A stretch of 14,054 bases of DNA from a virus (lineage: Duplodnaviria; Heunggongvirae; Uroviricota; Caudoviricetes), in the IMG/VR virus record IMGVR_UViG_3300028988_000038; one strand, given 5' to 3'. A program made the translations under genes and the position numbers. The notes beneath the pieces are model-generated. The model was not told the DNA's origin. It saw nothing but the letters and a program-made list of their open reading frames with translations, and did not search any database. Shown one piece after another: positions 1 to 6,747 of this stretch; position 1 is the first letter of the stretch, and each line of letters starts with the position of its first letter.

Positions 1-64
1 GCACGAATATAATGGTGGGTTACCACCAAACGAATCGGAAAATCGATACTGGAAAAAACTCTAA
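1..64 (+). CDS. IS3-family transposase OrfB, C-terminal fragment (5' partial)
   Basis: Frame starting at base 2 reads [20 protein letters not shown] then TAA at 62-64, identical to the C-terminus of the 272-aa OrfB ORF at 12835-13653. Confidence 0.8.
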   Translation, partial: HEYNGGLPPNESENRYWKKL

Positions 65-94
65 CTCGGTGGCCAGTTTTTGTTGACCACTTCA
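1..94 (+). mobile_element. IS3-family insertion sequence (IS911-like), right-end fragment; the rest lies upstream of the window
   Basis: Bases 1-94 are the exact reverse complement of 12805-12898 in the complete copy (checked by eye over 1-64). The element terminus ends ...GGCCAGTTTTTGTTGACCACTTCA at 94. Confidence 0.85.
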
Positions 95-541
95 CAGATA
101 GATGTGTTCAACGATTGGCTGCGGTGCAATGCTGGCTACCAGCAGCCCGGCCAGATCATCCGCTTCTGCATCTTTTGCAATGAGTTGGGTAACTCCAAGC
201 GCGGTCATCATTTTGAGGATGTATGGCTTCTGGATAGCAAAGCCTTCCTTCATCTTTTTCATATCAGGATCGTCGTCGCGATTTGCTTTGTAGTCCGGGT
301 AAAAGTCGCGACGCTTGTCACTAAATCCATCCCAAAGAATCATAGGTCGGGCATGGAGGATGGAGGCATAACGACGGACGTTCTTAACAAAGCCGAAAGC
401 AGCCTGTACTTCCATTTCGCCGTTGTGCAATTTGTCAGATTGTTGGTGGTAATAACCCAGGCTATTGCCATCTACGAAGAGATAATTCACCGGTACATTC
501 CTTCCAAAAAGTAAGGCGTCCGTAGACGCCTTACTGGTCAC
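92..541 (-). pseudogene. 5'-3' exonuclease / flap endonuclease (T4 RNase H - Pol I 5'-nuclease family), 3'-truncated by the IS insertion
   Basis: Translation carries FEN-type motifs: NYLFVDGNSLGYY, RRDFYPDYKANR and AEADDLAGLLV. The ORF stops about 17 residues after the EADD motif, and the stop codon (92-94) is supplied by the IS terminus, so the C-terminal half of the protein is missing. The true start is probably the GTG at 488-490 (SD GGAAGG at about 499-504) rather than the GTG at 539-541. Confidence 0.65.
506..535 (-). terminator. Intrinsic-terminator-like hairpin downstream of the gp32-like gene
   Basis: Perfect 11-bp inverted repeat, AGTAAGGCGTC (510-520) and GACGCCTTACT (525-535), with a 4-nt loop. 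On the minus strand it is followed by UUUUU (510-506). It lies 16 nt after the gp32-like stop codon. Confidence 0.5.
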
Positions 542-550
542 GTAATGGGA

Positions 551-1579
551 TTACAGAGAGTCCAGCTCTCTCAGTAGGTCATCCAGACCTTCATCTTCCG
601 TCGCAGATGCGGCTGCTACAGATGTCGCTGCGACTGCTTCAGACTCTTTGACTGATACTGCAACGGCAGCGGGACTTGCTTCTGGTTTAAATTCAGTTTC
701 AACGGCACGGAGGATTTCTTCATCAACCAGACTGGTTGGTTCAGAAGCTGGGGTATGAGCGGTAGCTACAGCAGTCGCACCCTCCGTATGACCAGTGACA
801 GAGCCAAATCCAGGTAGTGCCGCAGCCGATGTTTTCGCGGTTGAGGAAATTGCTGGTGCAGATGCTGCGGCAGTTGGTGCAGCGATGCCAATCAGACGAC
901 CCATAGTGCGAACTGTCGACAGAAGACGAGTTTCATCAGCCTGATTTGCGTATGCGATCAGATCATGCTGGGTGTTCCAGAATTTATCTTCGATATCGCC
1001 TTTGTAGACTTTACGCTTAGGCGAGACGTCATATTTGGTATCGCGACCAGAGCCAGTACGTTTAATCAGGAATGCGTAGCCTTCCTCTTTGCTCAGTGGA
1101 TTGCCGATATCATCAGCGATGTCTTCGGTGATTGCTTTGCAGATATCATCGAATACAGTAGACGGCAGCTCGATTAACTGGCATTTCTCAGCATCTGCGA
1201 AATCCTCACGAGCAGAAAGAATGCCGTTGACCAGGTAGCGAGGAGTGGCACGCATTTGACCGATGCGTTCTTCCATTGCTTTGTTACCCTTGTGACGAGC
1301 GCGACCTTCCATCACCATTTCGCATAGCTGACAAGCGCGACCGTGAGTATGTTGCTCACAAATATAAGCGTTGGTTGCTTCTTTACCTTCCTCGTTCTGA
1401 TACTTAACGTAGTGCATACCGAAAGTCTGGAAGAACTTACCGTTTGGGTCGTCTTTATTCGGGAAGATGCGGATATAGTTGACGCCGTCTTTTAAGCGAG
1501 TCAGATCAACGTTGTTACCACGTTTGGCGGCAATGTCTTCACGAGTTTTGTTAAGCAAATCAAGTAATGTCTTAGACAT
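551..1579 (-). CDS. Phage T4 gp32-like single-stranded DNA-binding protein
   Basis: YIRIFPNKDDPNGKFF resembles the T4 gp32 segment I recall as IRFLPSKNDEQAPFA. A Cys-x3-His-x5-Cys-x2-Cys zinc-site pattern (CEQHTHGRACQLC) is encoded at 1322-1360. An Ala/Ser/Thr-rich linker is followed by an acidic C-terminal tail (DEGLDDLLRELDSL) typical of SSBs. Strong SD AAGGAG precedes the ATG. Confidence 0.6.
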   Translation of the reverse strand: MSKTLLDLLNKTREDIAAKRGNNVDLTRLKDGVNYIRIFPNKDDPNGKFFQTFGMHYVKYQNEEGKEATNAYICEQHTHGRACQLCEMVMEGRARHKGNKAMEERIGQMRATPRYLVNGILSAREDFADAEKCQLIELPSTVFDDICKAITEDIADDIGNPLSKEEGYAFLIKRTGSGRDTKYDVSPKRKVYKGDIEDKFWNTQHDLIAYANQADETRLLSTVRTMGRLIGIAAPTAAASAPAISSTAKTSAAALPGFGSVTGHTEGATAVATAHTPASEPTSLVDEEILRAVETEFKPEASPAAVAVSVKESEAVAATSVAAASATEDEGLDDLLRELDSL

Positions 1580-1696
1580 GTGTTTCTCCTTGTTGTGATT
1601 TGGCCGATGGCGCTATGCGCGTTGGGCTTTCGTTCATTCGTGGCTCTTTCGAGCTGTTAAATGATAGATCAGTACTTACTTATTATCTATCAAAAA

Positions 1697-2152
1697 TCAA
1701 CGGGGAGTAATAAAGCGTTCAGAGCCTAATCGCTCTAATTCAACGATGGCCATCTTTGACGCCTGAACGATCATGTCTCGGCGATGCGAAAAGGCGGCGA
1801 CAGCATGTTTGTATATGTCTGCGATGTGCCGTGCTTCATCCAACTTCTGCCTTTTAGACAGATACTGTGGGTTTGTTTTAACCTTAGCGTCCAGTACAGA
1901 TTCGTTGAACTTAATGCCGTTCATACTCAAGTTCTTACGCTCTGTGTCGTATAGCTTTGCTTCAACAGCTTCAAGGTTAAGTTTTGCCTCTGCGACACTT
2001 CTTTCTGCATGAGCGAGTTTTGAGCCATACTCCATTAAAAGGCGGGGTTGTCTACGCCAGACTTCCTCCAGATTGTCTCGGTCAAACTCGAGATCAGACA
2101 TTATTTTCTCGTAAATATCGGCGATCATGCACATTTCCTTATCACTTATCAT
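1697..2152 (-). CDS. Hypothetical protein, predicted coiled-coil, in the replication operon
   Basis: 151-aa ORF co-oriented and tightly spaced between the DnaE C-fragment and the gp32-like gene. The sequence is charged and helical in character; no family is recognised with confidence. Confidence 0.45.
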   Translation of the reverse strand: MISDKEMCMIADIYEKIMSDLEFDRDNLEEVWRRQPRLLMEYGSKLAHAERSVAEAKLNLEAVEAKLYDTERKNLSMNGIKFNESVLDAKVKTNPQYLSKRQKLDEARHIADIYKHAVAAFSHRRDMIVQASKMAIVELERLGSERFITPR

Positions 2153-2254
2153 TTTGTATTGATTATATCATTGTAATGATGAGGCAATGAGCTTGAAGAT
2201 AGGGGGGGTGAGGGGATAAGGGAAAACATGGCCTTTATGGCCATGTTTATTGGA

Positions 2255-3424
2255 TCACGTCTTAATAGTTTCTGCTACGTCGGCTAATATCGCTTCTAGT
2301 CGTTCTCCCTCTTCAGGTCTGAAGTAAAGAATGTTGGGGTTAAACCCGTAAAAGACAGTAACGTCAAGGTCTGGAAGATACTCCTTCCTGCCGACCAAAT
2401 CGGATGGCTTGTTTTTGTTGTTAAACAATGAAGTTGCCCGGCTGCCACACGTCAGCACATAGGTCGGACGCACCAGATTGATCTCTTCACGCATAAAGTC
2501 GGTGAACTGGCCGATCTCGTCTTTGGTGTAGTCTTTTTCTTTGTCTTTAACCTTCTTGCAAACACCTGTGACATAGAGATCGCCCATGCGTAAATCTCCA
2601 GCCGTCAATAGCTTGGCCTTAAAGTCGTCGTATCCGTTCTCCATAAAGTAACCGGTTCGAGCATCATTGCCGTTCGCATTGTCCAGAATGATCATGATTT
2701 TCGGCTTAATACCAATGCTGGGGCGGATTAGTTCATCACCTAAGCCCATTTCAGCCGCCATCCGCGTCATGAGTACGTTAATTTCAGCCGAACGTTTGGG
2801 GTTCATCTCAAACGGACGTGAGGCTTTAACTGCGTCTATGACAAGGTTTCCCATCAATTCAGCCTGGTCGCGTAGGCGCTCTGGATCAGTTGCTGGCAGA
2901 CTGCCTGGCTCGATGGATGCAAACGCCCCTACTTTTTGCAGCGATTCGCGCACTCGACTATTACAGGCACGTTTCTCGACAGCTTCTTCGAATTGCGCCA
3001 GTGACTCGAATTTGCCGCCAACTTTTTCTCGCGCTCTCATGATGGCTTGGCAGCCATTCTCAGAACACCCCTTCACAGCAGAGAAGGGCGCATACAGCAC
3101 CTGGCTGCCATCTTCAAGCGTGCGGATCTCGATTCGGTTAGATGACACGTTAACGTCTGGTGGCAATACGCGAATGCCATAGGTCAGCGCATCTTTAACC
3201 AGCCCCTGGTGTTTATCTTCGCCAAGAATAGTGAGAGCAGCAGCGAAAAACTCTGCGGGATAATGAGTTTTCAACCACATAGATTGATAACTGATTAAGG
3301 AGTAAGCAACAGAGTGTGATTTGTTGAAGGCATACGCGCCGGATTTCTCAAACATATTCCAGATTTCTTCGGCTCGTTCGTGCGTCAGGCCATTGCTCTC
3401 TTCGACAACACCGGTAATTTTCAT
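2255..3424 (-). CDS. dnaE: DNA polymerase III alpha (DnaE family), C-terminal fragment with a degenerate UDG-like C-terminal domain
   Basis: [35 protein letters not shown] matches the DnaE motif [40 protein letters not shown] matches GLKILPPDIN. QAELMG (2849-2866) sits where the internal beta-clamp motif QADMF lies. Residues about 241-389 (2258-2704) follow a family-4 UDG pattern with altered catalytic motifs. Own SD GAGGTG (3430-3435) and ATG at 3422-3424. Confidence 0.8.
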   Translation of the reverse strand: [389 protein letters not shown]

Positions 3425-4155
3425 GCAGTCACCTCATCAATCTTCACGAACTCATACCCATTGGAGGCCAGCCAGTTCCGTTGGCGCTCCCAGCTCCATA
3501 TCTCTTCACGCATTTCACTATGCAGGCGAATGTGGGCGTCTTCTGGAAGTGCTACAAGATTCCCAGGGGCGTTATCTATCGTATCGCGGTTAATATGGTG
3601 GACATGTTCATCGTCACGTAGCTCCCGACCGAGACGTTCTTTCGCTATCAATCGATGAACGTATTCGTATTGCGAAACGCCATTGTTACCAACCAGCTGC
3701 ATCATGTAGCCGTTGGTTTTTACGATGATGCCACCTTTGTAGTTGTTCGCTTCTTCTCCGATCTTTCCGCGTTTGGCAGCCGCCAGCTTTTCCTTCGTCT
3801 CCGCGCGGATTGTTCTGCCGGTTAGCTTTTTCGAAACGGTGGCCACTCGCTCATCGATATCAGCACGCAGACCGGCATTCCACGAGGTTTTCCCATACAT
3901 AGGGTTGCCAGTGCCAGTCCGGGCTTCGGAGAGACGCTTCATACGTTCGTCATTATTTTTGTTTTTGCCACGATTCCAGGCTGGGGTAGCGGAGATCCGC
4001 GCGCTTCCGCGCCTGATCCCCCATTTGGCTAATAAGCGGTCAATATTTGCCTTGCTGCAACCAGCTTCGGCGGCAATGTCTTCTTTTCTCATCAGGTCAA
4101 CCATGTAACGCTGACGTAACCATTCTTCTGTGATTTTGTACTTCGTACTCGGCAT
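3421..4155 (-). CDS. HNH homing endonuclease with N-terminal HTH and NUMOD-like repeats
   Basis: C-terminal HNH motif EHVHHINRDTIDNAPGNLVALPEDAHIRLH. GNPMYGKTSWNAGL and basic repeats resemble the NUMOD-type DNA-binding modules of phage homing endonucleases. N-terminal HTH-like segment DIAAEAGCSKANIDRLLAKWGI. Sits between the two DnaE fragments; its stop overlaps the DnaE-C start (ATGA at 3421-3424). Confidence 0.8.
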   Translation of the reverse strand: MPSTKYKITEEWLRQRYMVDLMRKEDIAAEAGCSKANIDRLLAKWGIRRGSARISATPAWNRGKNKNNDERMKRLSEARTGTGNPMYGKTSWNAGLRADIDERVATVSKKLTGRTIRAETKEKLAAAKRGKIGEEANNYKGGIIVKTNGYMMQLVGNNGVSQYEYVHRLIAKERLGRELRDDEHVHHINRDTIDNAPGNLVALPEDAHIRLHSEMREEIWSWERQRNWLASNGYEFVKIDEVTA

Positions 4156-4203
4156 TTCTAAGACTCACTAAACAAATTGTTTTCTTATCTTATAAATTAA
4201 TTC

Positions 4204-6567
4204 TCAAATATCGAAGCTCGTTATGTCGGCATTTATTGCCATTGCTTCGGCATAAGTGCGACGCTCACCATCAGCACAAAGTAGGCGTGCTGCTTTATGG
4301 ATTTTTCTCGTAGAACCATCATCCAGTGACACTGTCACCCAGCCTTCCTCCGCTCGCTTAATGAAGTCGCCGCCAATGGATTTCATTTTCTCCATATCTT
4401 TTTTCCCGATCGCTTTCCTGACCGAGTCTGCTTCCGCCATTGAGAACCCCGCCAAGATTCGCGTAGCAGCCATGATCTGTTCCTGATAAATCAGAACTCC
4501 GTTTGTGTCGCGAGAGATGTCGTCCAGCATTGGGTGTAAGGAATGTGGGGCCATGAAGCCTTTGGCCACGGACACATAATCGTCCAACATGCCGGATTGA
4601 ATCGGGCCAGGTCGGAAGAGCGCAGTTGTAGCGACGACCGTTTTAAAGCTCATTGGCTCAATTCCACCACCTAAATCTTTAAGCAGCTTGCGCATTGGGC
4701 CTGATTCAAGCTGGAATACGCCCTGTGTATACCCTGCAGCAAAACCATCCAGCACCTTGCGATCTTCAAGAGAAATGGCATCAAGATTGATATCTTCACC
4801 TGTGTTCTCTTTTATGTAGCGTTTTGCACTATCGAGCAAATCGAGAGTTGCCAGGCCAAGCACGTCCAGCTTAATTAGGCCCATAGCCTCGCAGTAACGC
4901 TTGTCAAATGCGATACAACGCGCGTCACCACGGCGTTCAACCGGTGTACGTTCTGTCAGAGGAACACCTGCTACGATCATCCCTGCCGCATGTCTACCAA
5001 AGCCACGCATAAGGCTTTGTAACTTGCAGGCTGCATTGAATGCATCAGGATATTTTGTTGCGTATTTGTCGAGACTTGCCAGTTGTTCGCGCAGCTCTTC
5101 CAATGGAAGGCTATCATCCTCGACGTTCTTCAGTTCTTTTGATACCGCCATATCTGCGGACTCCACACCATAAATACGAGCGGTGTCACGTAGTGCAGAG
5201 GCTGCGCCCAGGTAGGTGAAGTTCGGAATGCCTGCAACGTAATCTTCGCCGTAGCGTTCATTCAGATACTCGATCACCTCATGGCGACGTGCCTGGCTGA
5301 AGTCCAAGTCCGCATCCGGCAAGTCGAGACGCTCAGGGTTGATGAAACGCTCAAACAGAAGACCGTGACGGATTGGGTCGACGTTGGTTATGCCTATGCA
5401 CCACGCCACCAGAGAACCGGCAGAGGAACCACGACCAGGCCCGACAGGAATGCCAGTTTCACGGCTGTGATTCATCAGATCGCGTACCATCAGGAAGTAA
5501 CCACAAAATCCCAGGCGAGTAAGCGTGTCCATTTCGTACTTAAGTCGCTCAACATAAACCCTGTTCTCAGAAGCAGGTGGTGTGTATCCAAACTCTTTTG
5601 TGGTAAGACGTTTACGCAGCCCTGCAACAGCCAGTTTCATCAGCGTTGCAGGTTCGTCGTCTGCCATCTTGGGCAGTGCTGGTGGCAATTCATGCCAGCG
5701 CCATGTGCAGGCATCGATAATGGAGTCCTGCGTTGTTGAGGCCATTGCAGCTGTTACCGGCACATCCATGCGAACGGAGAAGGCTTTAAGCGCCTCAAGG
5801 AGATGGCGACGACCATTGATGGCGTTATCTCGCTGGTGGGGGATACGCAGACGATGCGGCTGGTCGATTTTTATGTTGTTCGTAACCATGTGCGCAATGT
5901 CTTTAATGTCTGCATCGTCGATCGATTCGTAATAAGCGGGATAGAACGCTACTGGCTCTATTTTCAGTGCGCTGGCGACTTTCATCGCCCGGACGTTAAT
6001 CTGGTCGTAGAATGGGGTAGGGTGCGGATAAACCACACTATAGAAGTTGTCTTTTCCACCCGCTGTAATCAGTGTGCTTATGATTTTTGCAAAATCGTTG
6101 CGTTGGAACACGCTACCGATGTCGGAAGTAAGCAGGATGATGTTGCCTTTGGCATATGTAGAAACCAACTGTTCGAGCGAGAGACGCGGTACAAAGTAGA
6201 ACTGTTCTCGTGTGTTGGCCGCCGTCATTAGTTCGCAGATGTCGCGATATCCTTTCTCATTTTTAATTAGAGCGGTAAACGAGTAGTTACGTCCTCGCTC
6301 TAATGATTCCATACATCTCATAGATTCTTTAGCAAGTTTAGCCCGGTGCTCGTATGTGGGATCATCAACAATGTTTAGTTTCACACCACAAATAACCGCC
6401 ATGTCGTCACCAGCGGCACGTTGTAGTGGAATAACGCTCGCAATATTCATGCTATCTGCTGAAATTACAGCGGTGTAGCCAGCTTCTCTGGCAATCTTCA
6501 CCGCGTTTTCTGCTTTTAGAGCCGACTCCCCAAGTGAGAAGTCAGTTCGAACCATCAGTGCCTTCAT
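4204..6567 (-). CDS. dnaE: DNA polymerase III alpha (DnaE family), N-terminal fragment (PHP-like, palm/thumb and part of fingers)
   Basis: [68 protein letters not shown] matches the DnaE active-site region GYFLIV...[18 protein letters not shown]...[35 protein letters not shown] and [30 protein letters not shown] also match. The ORF ends with a 45-aa tail (4207-4341) that has no DnaE homology. Confidence 0.85.
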   Translation of the reverse strand: [787 protein letters not shown]

Positions 6568-6668
6568 GTGTTTTTACCTTTCTGGTTTTTTTGATTTTGT
6601 CATTGGGGAAGCCTACGAACTTCCCATGCATCGAAATCGCAACTTCTTTTGCTGATTGGTGACAATCG

Positions 6669-6695
6669 GGCTTGTCTGGACACACCAGACAAGCC
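6669..6695. repeat. Inverted repeat / hairpin in the CobS-DnaE intergenic region
   Basis: GGCTTGTCTGG (6669-6679) and CCAGACAAGCC (6685-6695), an 11-bp perfect stem with a 5-nt loop, inside a 180-bp spacer in an otherwise tightly packed operon. Confidence 0.5.
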
Positions 6696-6747
6696 TTACC
6701 TGTTTCAGAAGCAGCGATAAGAGAGCCGAAACATCCTTTACGCACGA

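Noticed and set aside
1697-2152. UvsY-like recombination mediator assignment for the 151-aa protein
   Set aside because: Only a faint similarity in charge and helix pattern to T4 UvsY, as I recall it, with no conserved motif I can point to. Left as hypothetical.
3389-4341. Split-intein interpretation of the DnaE break (it lies near the FNKSHS motif, as do cyanobacterial DnaE split inteins)
   Set aside because: The 45-residue tail of the N-fragment does not start with Cys or Ser, the C-fragment has no HN-Cys/Ser/Thr junction, and the extra sequence is far shorter than an intein. The interruption is a separate HNH gene bounded by stop codons.
6542-6745. 67-aa Cys-rich ORF between the CobS-like gene and the polymerase
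   Set aside because: It has a GTG start with no SD, overlaps the DnaE start by 26 nt, and several of its Cys codons come from the palindromic hairpin at 6669-6695. More likely a spurious ORF over a structured intergenic region, though a small zinc-ribbon protein cannot be excluded.
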